The notes beneath the pieces are model-generated. The model searched no databases. It was not told the DNA's origin and worked only from the letters and a program-made list of their open reading frames with translations. Positions 9,481 to 18,988 of a stretch of DNA of 64,000 nucleotides are shown piece by piece. Origin of the DNA: Acidobacteriota bacterium (GTDB lineage: Bacteria; Acidobacteriota; UBA6911; RPQK01; JAJDTT01). The DNA is taken from assembly GCA_965263035.1 (NCBI GenBank), contig OZ253580.1:1824001-1888000 (forward strand), given 5' to 3'. Made by a program: the position numbers and the translations under genes. The number at the start of each line of letters is the position of its first letter. Within the stretch, counting starts at the first letter, position 1.

Positions 9481-10515
9481 GATCCCGAAGTGTTTCATCT
9501 GCCGGCAGATCTGGTCCCAGGTCTCGCCGTCCACCTCGATGCCTTCCGCCTCCCGTCTCCGAGCGGTCCGGAATTCCGGCTCGCCGGGGAGCAGGATCTC
9601 CTGGAAACCGGGTGCCAGACGGCTGGTTCGGATGTGGGAGATCATGGCGTCCAACTCGTCGTAATAGGTCTCCAGTTCGGTGAAGTGTTCGATGTGGTAG
9701 ACCGTCAGGAGCACTCCGTTGCTGACGAACTTGGGGGCGCCGGCCGCGCAGCCCTCGCCGCCCACGGCTCCTCCCATGACCTCCACCATCATGGACAGTC
9801 CGTAGCCCTTGTGAGCCACCACCCCACCCAGAGGAAGGAGGGCCCCGGGTGGATCGGATTTCACCTTCCGCGGGTCGGTGGTGGGCCTTCCCTGGGAGTC
9901 GACGGCCCAACCTTCGGGGATGGATTCGCCGCGGTTGATGGCCACGCGGACCTTCCCCTCGGCCACCACCGAGGTGGTCATGTCCAGAAGCAGCGGTTCG
10001 TGCCCGCGGCGGGGCGCGGCAAAGGCCAGTGGATTCGTGGACAGCCGCCCTTCCCGGCCCCCGAAGGGGATCACCTGCGCGCCCAGATGTCCTGCGTTGG
10101 CGAAGAGTTGGGCCATGAATCCGGCCCGGGCGGCCATCAACGGATAGGCCCCCACCCGACCGATATGGCTGGTGTTGCGCAGGGTCACGGTCGCCACACC
10201 GTGGACTCGCGCCTTCTCCATGGCCAGACGATTCGCGAAGGCGGCTCCCACCTGCCCCAGGGCGCCTCCTCCGTCCACCACCGCCGAGCTGGGACGTTCC
10301 TGGACGATCCAGGGCCGGGCGCCGGGGTTGAAGCGGCCGTCACGAATGCCTTGGGCATACTCGTAGAACCGGATGGCTCCATGGGAATCGTGGCCGAAGA
10401 GGCTCGACTCCACCAGGTGGTCCACGACGGCCTGGGCATCCTCCGGACGGCAACCCGCGGCCTGGAAGAGTTGATAGCCGAGTTCCCTCAGGGCTTGGGG
10501 GGAGAACCTGGGCAA
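9472..10515 (-). CDS. Ldh_2 (malate/L-lactate dehydrogenase-like) family oxidoreductase, copy 1
   Basis: GHDSHG, HIGRVGAY, STNPLAFA, DMTTS, HKGYGL, LPGE; TTG start. Confidence 0.9.
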   Translation of the reverse strand: MPRFSPQALRELGYQLFQAAGCRPEDAQAVVDHLVESSLFGHDSHGAIRFYEYAQGIRDGRFNPGARPWIVQERPSSAVVDGGGALGQVGAAFANRLAMEKARVHGVATVTLRNTSHIGRVGAYPLMAARAGFMAQLFANAGHLGAQVIPFGGREGRLSTNPLAFAAPRRGHEPLLLDMTTSVVAEGKVRVAINRGESIPEGWAVDSQGRPTTDPRKVKSDPPGALLPLGGVVAHKGYGLSMMVEVMGGAVGGEGCAAGAPKFVSNGVLLTVYHIEHFTELETYYDELDAMISHIRTSRLAPGFQEILLPGEPEFRTARRREAEGIEVDGETWDQICRQMKHFGISS

Positions 10516-10551
10516 GAGCGTACTCCTTTCCTGTGCCGTATCCGCCGTTCT

Positions 10552-11607
10552 CTAACCGGCCGGCGGCAGGGGCAAGCCGATGCGTTCCATGTCCGCGCCG
10601 ATGAGAAACCAGGTCTTGGCGTCGATGTCGATTCCATCCTCTTCCCTCCGGCGGGCCGACCGAAGCTCGGGCTCCCCCGGAAGCAGGATTTCATTGAATC
10701 CGGGGGCCGACGGGCTGGACCGGACGTACCGGATCAGCGCCTCCACCTCCTGATAGTAGTCCTCCTGGTCGATGAAGTGATCGATCCGATGGACCACCAG
10801 GAGCATGCCGTTGCTGACCATCTCGGCTTCACCGACACAACATCCCTGGCCGCTCAGGGTCCCGGCCAGCAGCTCCACCATGAGGCTCATCCCGTAGCCT
10901 TTGTGGGAGGCGATTCCCCCCAAGGGCAAGATGGCTCCTCTCGGCTCGGTGCGGAAACTGTCGGGATCGGTGGTGGGGCGTCCCTGGTGATCGATGAGCC
11001 ATCCTTCCGGCACCCGCTTCCCGGCGTAGGAGGCGACCCGGACCTTGCCCTCGGCGGCCACCGAAGTGGTCATGTCCAGGAAGATGGGCTCAGTGTCCCG
11101 CCGGGGCGCCGCAAAGGCCAGGGGATCGGTGGTGAGACGCGCGTCGATGCCGCCGAAAGGCGCAATCTGGTTCCCGAACCGGCCGCCGTTGACGAAGGCC
11201 TGGCCGATCATTCCGCCCCGGGCCACCATCAGCGGGTAAGCCCCGACCCTCCCGACGTGACTCGTGTTGCGGAGCGAAACCGCGGCCACTCCATGCTGGG
11301 AGGCCTTTTCCATGGCCAGGCGGGTGGCGAACGCGGCGCCCACCTGACCCAGTGCGCCGGCGGCGTCCACCACCGCGCAGGAGGGATGGTCCCGGACCAC
11401 TCTGGGCTGGGCCTTGGCCTGGAAACGCCCCTTCCGGATGGCGTCCATGTACTCCGGGTACCGGATGACCCCGTGGGAATCGTGTCCGAAGAGATTCGAC
11501 TCCACCAGATGATGGGTGACGACCCGGGCGTCCGCCGGGTCGCATCCGGCGGCCTCGAACAACCGGTAGCCGATCCGGCGCAAGGTTTCGGCTTGGACTA
11601 CGGGCAT
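10552..11607 (-). CDS. Ldh_2 family oxidoreductase, copy 2
   Basis: Same motifs (GHDSHG, HVGRVGAY, DMTTS, HKGYG); tandem paralog. Confidence 0.9.
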   Translation of the reverse strand: MPVVQAETLRRIGYRLFEAAGCDPADARVVTHHLVESNLFGHDSHGVIRYPEYMDAIRKGRFQAKAQPRVVRDHPSCAVVDAAGALGQVGAAFATRLAMEKASQHGVAAVSLRNTSHVGRVGAYPLMVARGGMIGQAFVNGGRFGNQIAPFGGIDARLTTDPLAFAAPRRDTEPIFLDMTTSVAAEGKVRVASYAGKRVPEGWLIDHQGRPTTDPDSFRTEPRGAILPLGGIASHKGYGMSLMVELLAGTLSGQGCCVGEAEMVSNGMLLVVHRIDHFIDQEDYYQEVEALIRYVRSSPSAPGFNEILLPGEPELRSARRREEDGIDIDAKTWFLIGADMERIGLPLPPAG

Positions 11608-11763
11608 GACGGCAGTTTCTCCAGCGGCGGATTGTAAAGGATGGGGTCCCTGCTGTCAGCCGCGGATCCCGCGAGAATCGGCGGGAGATTGCCAGACCCG
11701 GCTTCACGTTGGCAAAATGGAGTCCGCCAACGTCTTTGAGACGTTCATGGAAAGGCTAGAGCA

Positions 11764-12636
11764 ATGGACACCTCTTTCACCAACAGTCGAGAAAGCCTGG
11801 AGCGGGCGAACCGCGTCACTGACGGCCATTGGACCAGTCTGACCCGGCCCCAGCAGTTTCGTTCCCTCGAGTTGGAGGGTTTCGTCGTCATTCCCGATCT
11901 GCTGAGCGAGGAACTGGTGGAGGAGATCCGCGAGGAGACTTCCAGGCTCCCCACCACGGCGGTTGACTACAGCGAGCATCAGCGGTACTTGTCCGATGTG
12001 CAGTGGACCGACTCGCCCCACGCCACCTCGGTCATTGCTCTGCCGGCCACGGTGGAGTTCCTGGAAGAGCTCTTGGGCGACGAGCTGATCTGCACCTCGT
12101 GCACGTACGCCGAATCCAGGCCGGGCCATCCGGGAATCTCCTTTCACACCGATGCCCAGCCCTACGGGAACAAGACGTCCGGAGTCCTGACCAGCTCGCC
12201 CTGTCTGGTCCGAGTCCTCTACTACCTGGACGACCTGACTCCGGAGTGCTCCCCCTTCAAGGTGATTCCGCGCTCCCACGTGTCGCTGCACAGCGACGCC
12301 AACCCGTACAACCGCTACCTTTCCCACGACGATGAGTTGATGGTGACCTGCCGCGCCGGCTCGGCGGTGATCATCAACCAGAAGGTGTTTCACGCCAATT
12401 TTCCCAACTACAGCGACCGGATACGCCGCATGCTGGCCATCGCCTACCGGCCCACTTGGGCGGGTCCCATAGACGACGTTCCGGAGCGCGACCCGGAGAA
12501 GGTGGCCGGTCTACCTCCGGCCGTCCGAAAATATTTCAGGAGTCTCAACACGCGGAACATCGATTTCGATCTGCCGAACCGCCCGGACAACATGGCGAGG
12601 CATGCCGCTGGCATTTCGCCTGGGCGCTGGGGCTGA
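11764..12636 (+). CDS. Phytanoyl-CoA dioxygenase (PhyH) family Fe(II)/2OG dioxygenase, copy 1
   Basis: [13 protein letters not shown]...H facial triad, YYLDDLT, VIPRSH, distal Arg. Confidence 0.85.
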   Translation: MDTSFTNSRESLERANRVTDGHWTSLTRPQQFRSLELEGFVVIPDLLSEELVEEIREETSRLPTTAVDYSEHQRYLSDVQWTDSPHATSVIALPATVEFLEELLGDELICTSCTYAESRPGHPGISFHTDAQPYGNKTSGVLTSSPCLVRVLYYLDDLTPECSPFKVIPRSHVSLHSDANPYNRYLSHDDELMVTCRAGSAVIINQKVFHANFPNYSDRIRRMLAIAYRPTWAGPIDDVPERDPEKVAGLPPAVRKYFRSLNTRNIDFDLPNRPDNMARHAAGISPGRWG

Positions 12637-12748
12637 TCCGGGTGATGAGGGAATGGGACGCCACGATTCATCCCCTGAATCGAAACGGACCCTTTCCCAG
12701 ACGAGAAAGACTCAAACCGGGAAGAACGAAGAGAGGATATTTAGAGAA

Positions 12749-13621
12749 ATGGATACTTCTTTCACCAACAGTCGAGAAAATCTGGAGCGGGCGAACCGGG
12801 TCCCGGAAAGCCATTGGGGCGGTCTGACCCGCGCCCAGCAGTTTCGTTCCCTCGAGTTGGAGGGTTTCGTCGTCATTCCCGACCTGCTGAGCGAGAATCT
12901 CATGGAGGAGATCCGAGAGGAAACCTCCAGAGTCCCCACCAGGTCGGTCGATTACAGCGAGCATCAGCGGGGTTGTCCCGATCTGCAGTGGACCGACTCT
13001 CCCCGAGCCACCTCGGTGATCGCCCTGCCGGCCATGGTGGAGTTCCTGGAAGAACTCTTCGGCGACGAGCTGATCTGCACCTCGTGCCAGTACGCCGAGT
13101 CCCGGCCGGGCCACCCCGGAATCGTCATTCACACCGATTCCCAGCCCTACGGCTCCAAGATATTCGGAGTCCAGGCCAGCTCGCCCTGCCTGGTCCGTGT
13201 CCTCTACTACCTGGACGATCTCACTGCGGAGTGCTCCCCTTTCAAGGTGATCCCGCGCTCCCACCTGTCGCTGCACCGCGACGCCAACCCGTACAGCCGC
13301 TACCTTGCCCACGACGACGAGTTGATGGTGACCTGCCGCGCCGGCTCGGCGGCGATCATCAACCAGAAGGTGTTTCACGGCAACTTTCCCAACTACAGCA
13401 ACCGGATACGCCGCATGCTGGCCATCGCCTACCGGCCCACCTGGGCCGGTCCCATAGACGACGTTCCGGAGCGCGACCCGGAGAAGGTGGCCGGTCTCCC
13501 TCCGGCCGCCCAAAAATATTTCAGGAGCCTCAACACGAGGACCATCGATTTCGATCTGCCGAACCGCCCGGACAACATGCCGACGCATGCCGCGGGCATT
13601 TCGCCCGGCCGTTGGAGCTGA
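12749..13621 (+). CDS. PhyH family dioxygenase, copy 2
   Basis: 290-aa close paralog of 11764-12636; ATG at 12749 gives the same [10 protein letters not shown] start. Confidence 0.85.
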   Translation: MDTSFTNSRENLERANRVPESHWGGLTRAQQFRSLELEGFVVIPDLLSENLMEEIREETSRVPTRSVDYSEHQRGCPDLQWTDSPRATSVIALPAMVEFLEELFGDELICTSCQYAESRPGHPGIVIHTDSQPYGSKIFGVQASSPCLVRVLYYLDDLTAECSPFKVIPRSHLSLHRDANPYSRYLAHDDELMVTCRAGSAAIINQKVFHGNFPNYSNRIRRMLAIAYRPTWAGPIDDVPERDPEKVAGLPPAAQKYFRSLNTRTIDFDLPNRPDNMPTHAAGISPGRWS

Positions 13622-13704
13622 TTCGGGATACCCAGGGGTCGGACCGCCGCCCTTCGCCACCCGGATGGGAGCGGGCCCTTCCCCGAACAAGAAGGACTCA
13701 GACC

Positions 13705-14463
13705 ATGAAGAACAAAGGGAAGATCGCCATCGTCACGGGGGCTGGATCGGGAATCGGCCGTCACACCACCTGGGCCCTGCTGCGTTCCGGGTTCAGTGTC
13801 GCTCTGGCGGGAAGGCGTCTGGAAGCACTGGAAGAGACGGTTCGCCTGGCAGGACCCGACGGCGCCCGGACCCTGGCGGTCTCGACCGACGTGAGCGACC
13901 CGGCATCGGTCTCGAACCTCTTCTCCCGAACCCGGGCAACCTTCGGCCGGCTCGATCTCCTCTTCAACAACGCCGGGATCTCGGCTCCCGCGGTTCTGCT
14001 GGAAGATCTGACCTTCGAACAGTGGCAGTCGGTGGTCGGCGTCAACCTGACCGGCTCCTTCCTCTGTACCCGGGAAGCGTTCCGCATGATGAAGAGTCAG
14101 GAACCCATGGGGGGACGAATCATCAACAACGGCTCCGTTTCGGCCCAGGTGCCCCGGGTCAATTCGGCACCCTATACCTCCACCAAGCACGCCATCACCG
14201 GCCTGACCCGTTCCACCTCTCTGGACGGCCGCAAGTACAACATCGCCTGCGGCCAGATCGACATCGGAAACGCGCTGACCGAAATGACCCGGAGAATGCA
14301 GACGGGAGTCCCGCAGGCCAACGGAACCGTCATGGTCGAACCCAACATGGACGTGGACGACATTGCCGACGCGGTGGCCTACATGGCCAGCCTGCCGCTG
14401 GAGGCCAACGTTCAGTTCATGACCGTGATGGCGACCAAGATGCCCCTTGTCGGCCGCGGCTGA
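13705..14463 (+). CDS. Short-chain dehydrogenase/reductase
   Basis: [17 protein letters not shown]; RBS AAGGA before ATG 13705. Confidence 0.92.
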   Translation: MKNKGKIAIVTGAGSGIGRHTTWALLRSGFSVALAGRRLEALEETVRLAGPDGARTLAVSTDVSDPASVSNLFSRTRATFGRLDLLFNNAGISAPAVLLEDLTFEQWQSVVGVNLTGSFLCTREAFRMMKSQEPMGGRIINNGSVSAQVPRVNSAPYTSTKHAITGLTRSTSLDGRKYNIACGQIDIGNALTEMTRRMQTGVPQANGTVMVEPNMDVDDIADAVAYMASLPLEANVQFMTVMATKMPLVGRG

Positions 14464-14494
14464 CGAGCAGGCATTCCTTGGCCGGCAATCGGCG

Positions 14495-15643
14495 TCAGAT
14501 TTCTGCGTCGATGCCTTGACGCGTTTCGGCAATCACCAGATCGACCACTGATCGCAAGGCTTCCATCCTGGTGACCCCGTCCAGACGGACGAGGCGGTAG
14601 TGGTCGAGTTGCCGGTCGGCGCTGCTCCCTTGCCGGATGATGGAGGACACGCGGCTCAGCTCCTTCTGGCAGCCGAGTGCCTGGGCGTCGCCATCCAGTT
14701 CCTCCAACAGCCCCAGGGCGTAGTCGTTGATATCCATGCGCCCGCCGTGGCGAGTGTCGCCGAGGAACGCGAACGCTCCGTAGCGCTGCGCCAGCCAGCG
14801 ATTCTCGGCGATGATCTCGGTGCGCGGCTCCGGGGGCAGGGCGCCGGCTCGATCCTGCCGCAGCAGCCATCGAACCAGGGATGAGTAGAGCGCCGCGATG
14901 CAGACCGCATCATCGATGAGCGGGCAGACGTCGCAGATGCGCATCTCCACCGTGGGATGGAGGTCGGCGGGCCGAATGTCCCACCACAGCTCATTGCCGC
15001 CCTCGATGAACTGCATACGCTTGTAGTCCTCCACGAGCCGGTCGTATTCCGCCCGGGAATACAGGGGGCCGGGCAAGCTCGTGCGCGGGAGCACTCCGAA
15101 AAGACTGAGCCGATACGACTTGAAACCAGTGAGGTGTCCCGCGTTGAACGGGGATGAGGTGGACAGGGCGTGGAGCAGAGGCAGGTACTGGCGGAGGGCG
15201 GTCATGACGCGGATCCGTTCATCCGGGTCGCCAAAACCGGCGTGGATGTGCATGCCGCCGATGAGCAGCCGCCGTACGGCCTCCTGGAACGTGACCACGA
15301 ACCGCTCGTACCGTTTTTTGGGCGTGGGCATCTGCGCGGTCCATGACGCGTAGGGATGGGTGGACGCGGCCAGCACCGCCGCACCGTGCTGCGCCGCCGC
15401 CTCGATCACCAGCCGCCGGGTCTCCACCAACGCCTCCCGAACGTCGGCCACTGAAGCGCAGACCCGGGTATTGGTCTCGATCTGGGAGCGGAGAAACTCG
15501 GTCACCACCTTGTGCGGTCCTTGATTCTGCTCGCAGGCGTCGTAGATGCCCGGGTCGGGATCGGAAACCAGGTCGCGGGTCTCGGGGTCGACGAGAAAGA
15601 ACTCCTCTTCGATGCCGAGTGTGATTTCTAGGTCCTGGCTCAT
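14495..15643 (-). CDS. Carboxylate-amine ligase (glutamate-cysteine ligase family 2, YbdK-like)
   Basis: TLGIEEEF, GMHIH, STSSPF, WWDIRP, TVEMRICD. Confidence 0.9.
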   Translation of the reverse strand: MSQDLEITLGIEEEFFLVDPETRDLVSDPDPGIYDACEQNQGPHKVVTEFLRSQIETNTRVCASVADVREALVETRRLVIEAAAQHGAAVLAASTHPYASWTAQMPTPKKRYERFVVTFQEAVRRLLIGGMHIHAGFGDPDERIRVMTALRQYLPLLHALSTSSPFNAGHLTGFKSYRLSLFGVLPRTSLPGPLYSRAEYDRLVEDYKRMQFIEGGNELWWDIRPADLHPTVEMRICDVCPLIDDAVCIAALYSSLVRWLLRQDRAGALPPEPRTEIIAENRWLAQRYGAFAFLGDTRHGGRMDINDYALGLLEELDGDAQALGCQKELSRVSSIIRQGSSADRQLDHYRLVRLDGVTRMEALRSVVDLVIAETRQGIDAEI

Positions 15644-15868
15644 GGCGATCAATTTGGAACTATGACGATCGAAAGCGAGGGTGGGAACGTCGGGGTCGTC
15701 CGGTAGATTTCACTTGGATTCACCACGTGTCTTACGATCCTGGAATGGGAGTCGTTCCGGCAAGTCGAATTATAAGCATGTCACGATGAAGGCCAATCCG
15801 GCGATTTTCAATCTGGAACGTCAATTGAGGTCATCGACCAACGGCATCTGCTCCAGCACGAAAAGAGA

Positions 15869-16636
15869 ATGGTAGCACAGCACATCCGAAGCCGATCCTC
15901 GCTGGGAGCAGGATTTTCCCGACGTTCACCGGCGACTCCGACCGTCCGGTTTTGCGCTCTGCTGGTGGCCATTCTGGCCCTCACCGCGTGCGGCGGCCGC
16001 AAGAAAATCAAGCTTCCGCCACCCGTCGAAGCCAAGAGGGGGTGGTCCGAGGTCGGCATCGCCAGTTGGTACGGGCATCCCTACCACGGGCGTAAGACCA
16101 GCAACAGTGAGACCTACGACATGAACAAGATGACGGCCGCCCATACGCGGCTGCCGTTCGGCACCTGGGTCAACGTCGAGAATCTCCAGAACAGAAGGTC
16201 CACACAGGTCCGGATCAACGATCGGGGGCCGTTTACCGCCCGGTACATCATCGATCTTTCCAGGGCCGCCGCTTCGGAGATCCAGATGATCGGGGCCGGC
16301 ACAGTCCGGGTCCGTCTCACGGTGATCAGCGGTCCCAATACAAATCGCAGAAGCTCGAAGCGCAGTACACGCTCCGTAACCTCGCGGCCGGCGTCTCCCA
16401 GAGGCGGGTACGAAATTCAGATTGGTGTCTTCAAAAGTCAAGCGAATGCCAAGACGCTGGCCTGGGCGGCCAACCAGAAAGGCCACAGTGCGGAGATCAA
16501 ACCATTCCGGCGAGGCGGCCCGAGACTCTACCGCGTCGTGGTTGCGGGAGGAACCCGGGAGGCGGCGAACAAGCGCCTTCGGAAGCTCAAGAGCCAGGGT
16601 TTCAAGGGGTTCGTGAGACAACGTCGAGGCGACTAG
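15869..16636 (+). CDS. rlpA: Septal ring lytic transglycosylase RlpA lipoprotein with SPOR domain
   Basis: Lipobox LTAC; GIASWYG, TAAH..LPFGT, VRINDRGPF, IIDLS; C-terminal SPOR-like segment. The true start may be further downstream. Confidence 0.88.
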   Translation: MVAQHIRSRSSLGAGFSRRSPATPTVRFCALLVAILALTACGGRKKIKLPPPVEAKRGWSEVGIASWYGHPYHGRKTSNSETYDMNKMTAAHTRLPFGTWVNVENLQNRRSTQVRINDRGPFTARYIIDLSRAAASEIQMIGAGTVRVRLTVISGPNTNRRSSKRSTRSVTSRPASPRGGYEIQIGVFKSQANAKTLAWAANQKGHSAEIKPFRRGGPRLYRVVVAGGTREAANKRLRKLKSQGFKGFVRQRRGD

Positions 16637-16659
16637 GAGGGGGGACATTCTTGTCCCCC
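16636..16659. repeat. REP-like palindrome, family A
   Basis: GGAGGGGGGACATTCTTGTCCCCC overlaps the rlpA stop; same architecture as the copies at 32741-32898, 34457 and 42445-42530. Confidence 0.65.
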
Positions 16660-16697
16660 AATCTTCCTCCGCCGGACCCCGGCGGGTGAGGTGTTCC

Positions 16698-18836
16698 TTA
16701 CCGGCTCGTCCCCGCCTCGGGCAGGGCGAAGGCCACGTAGGTGTCTCCCGACGGAGTACCCATTTTTCCTCCCCCGGCGGCGATGACGACGAACTGCCGG
16801 CCCTCGACCGCGAAGGTGGCTGGAGTGGCGTAGCCCCCCCAAGGCAACCGGGTCTCCCAGAGAATCCTTCCCGTATCCGTATCGAACGCCCGGAATCGCT
16901 CGTCCATGGTCGCGCCGATGAAGAGCAAGCCGCCGGCGGTGACGACGGGTCCGCCGTAGTTCGTGGTTCCAGTGGGTGGAATTCCGCGCTCGGTCAGCTC
17001 GTCCAGACGACCCAGCGGCACCTGCCAGACGAGGGTCCCTGCATTGAGATCGAGAGCCGTCAACTGGCCCCATGGGGGCTTGATGGCCGGGTACCCGTCC
17101 GGGTCCAGGAAGTGATTGTATCCCGTGAACGTGTAGGGGATCCGGCCTTCGGTGACGGCCCATGGCGGGACGTTGTCGGCGTCGGCGCCGGCGAGAAAAT
17201 CGACCACCGCGTCCAATTCCAGGTCCGAGAGTCGGGGCATGGGCGCCATCCGGCCCACACCCAGCCGGATCAGATCCCGGGTTTCCTTGCGAGGATAGAC
17301 CTGCTCCAAGGGGAGCGGAGGATTGTTGTGGCGCGGACTGCCTTGCCGCCGGTCCCCGTGGCAGCCGGCGCAGTGGAGCTGATAGACGCGGGCTCCGGGT
17401 GACGGCTCCGGAAGTTGCCGATCCTGCGTAGAGACCATGGTCAGGATCCACGGCATCTCGGTGGAGTTGACGTACAACCTGCCGTTGGAAGCGTCGAAGG
17501 CCGCGCCGCCCCATTCGCCGCCGCCGTTGAAACCGGGAAAGACGAGAGTTCCCTGAGTGCTGGGCGGTTCATACATGTTGCCCCGGCGAACCTGGCGAAA
17601 GCGTTCGTCGACGGCGGCGCGAGCGCGTGGCGAGAGGTCTGTGACGTCCGCTTCGGTGAAGGACTGACGGGAGAAGGGGGGCGGTTTGAGGGGAAACGGC
17701 TGCGTGGGCCAAGCCTGCTCCCCGGCCAGGTCCGAGGGGGGCACCGGCCTCTCCTCCACCGGAAACAGCGGTTCACCCGTATCCCGGTCCAAGACGAAGA
17801 CGTCTCCCCACTTGGTGATCTGGGCGACGGCATCGATCCTCCTGCCCTCCCGGTTCAACGTGACCAGATTGGGGGGCGCGGGCAGGTCCCGGTCCCAAAG
17901 ATCGTGGTGCACGGCTTGGAAATGCCACTGGAGCTCTCCGCTGTCGGCGGCGAGGGCCAGGACGCAATTGCCGTACAGGTTCTTTCCCTTCCGGTCCCCG
18001 CCCCAGAAGTCGAAGGACGGCGATCCGGTGGAGGCGAAGACGATCCCACGCTTTTCATCCACCGTCATCCCGGCCCAGGCGTTGGCGCCGCCCGCGTAGG
18101 TCCAGGCATCCGCCGGCCAGGTCTCGTGTCCCTTCTCACCCGGCCGCGGCACCGTGTGGAAGGTCCATCGGAGTCGGCCCGTCCGGACGTCGAAGGCTCG
18201 AATGTGTCCGGGCATGGCGGGTCCGGGTCCCTCTCCAACCCGACTGCCCACAATCAGGAGGTCCTGGTATAGGGCGGGCGGGGTAGTCAACACGACCCAG
18301 GCCTTTTCCAAGTCTTCGGATCCCAAGCCGGCCCTCAGGTCGATTCGGCCGTTGTCCCCGAAGGACGGGGCCGGCAGCCCGGTTGCAGCGTCCAACCCCA
18401 AGAGGAGATGCCCCGCAGGGTAGAAGATCCTCTGTTCGGATCCGCCTTCCCAGTAGACAAGGCCACGATTCACGCTCGTCGAGCTGAGTCCGGCCTCCTC
18501 GACCGGATCGTAGACCCAGATCTCCTGCCCTGTCGCTGCATCCAGACAGAAGGCCTTCAGCATTGGCGACGTGCCGAACAGACGGCCCCCGACGACGAGG
18601 GGATTGCACTGGATCTGACTGGATTCGGTATTGTCCCCGGTGCCGTAGGACCAGGCGATCTGCAGCCGGTGCACGTTTTTCCGGTTGATCTGGTCCAAGG
18701 AGGAATAGTGGGAGGCCGCGGCGTCCCCCAGGTAGACCGGCCAGTCCGACGGATCCGCGTCGCTCACCGGCCGGCAACCGGCCTGAGTCGTCAGACAGAC
18801 GAAGACCAGGACCGGGAGAGCAAGGAGTATTCTCAT
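16698..18836 (-). CDS. PQQ-dependent dehydrogenase (glucose/quinate type) with an inserted cytochrome c domain
   Basis: Signal/lipoprotein N-terminus, HDLWDRD, GGGEWGG, KPPWG, CAGCH heme motif, TAGGLLF. Confidence 0.88.
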   Translation of the reverse strand: MRILLALPVLVFVCLTTQAGCRPVSDADPSDWPVYLGDAAASHYSSLDQINRKNVHRLQIAWSYGTGDNTESSQIQCNPLVVGGRLFGTSPMLKAFCLDAATGQEIWVYDPVEEAGLSSTSVNRGLVYWEGGSEQRIFYPAGHLLLGLDAATGLPAPSFGDNGRIDLRAGLGSEDLEKAWVVLTTPPALYQDLLIVGSRVGEGPGPAMPGHIRAFDVRTGRLRWTFHTVPRPGEKGHETWPADAWTYAGGANAWAGMTVDEKRGIVFASTGSPSFDFWGGDRKGKNLYGNCVLALAADSGELQWHFQAVHHDLWDRDLPAPPNLVTLNREGRRIDAVAQITKWGDVFVLDRDTGEPLFPVEERPVPPSDLAGEQAWPTQPFPLKPPPFSRQSFTEADVTDLSPRARAAVDERFRQVRRGNMYEPPSTQGTLVFPGFNGGGEWGGAAFDASNGRLYVNSTEMPWILTMVSTQDRQLPEPSPGARVYQLHCAGCHGDRRQGSPRHNNPPLPLEQVYPRKETRDLIRLGVGRMAPMPRLSDLELDAVVDFLAGADADNVPPWAVTEGRIPYTFTGYNHFLDPDGYPAIKPPWGQLTALDLNAGTLVWQVPLGRLDELTERGIPPTGTTNYGGPVVTAGGLLFIGATMDERFRAFDTDTGRILWETRLPWGGYATPATFAVEGRQFVVIAAGGGKMGTPSGDTYVAFALPEAGTSR

Positions 18837-18988
18837 TTCGAACCGAACACGGGGACCGTGCCCCTCGCGTTCAGTCTACTACCAACTGCGGGGACGAAGC
18901 TCTTTCCAGTGGTCCGGGGGCGCACGAGGAAGGAACCGTTTCCGCCGTGGCTCACCCACGGTTTCAAAACCACCGATAGCAGACCCTA

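Noticed and set aside
7735-10515. DGR template/variable repeat pair
   Set aside because: The mismatches are not confined to adenines of one copy, they are mostly synonymous, and no reverse transcriptase is present.
9490-11637. 715-aa plus-strand ORF and other long antisense ORFs (e.g. 1096-2784, 29103-30776, 34408-36033, 51964-53571)
   Set aside because: These are shadow frames of well-supported opposite-strand genes, expected from GC-rich codon bias, and show no recognisable motifs.
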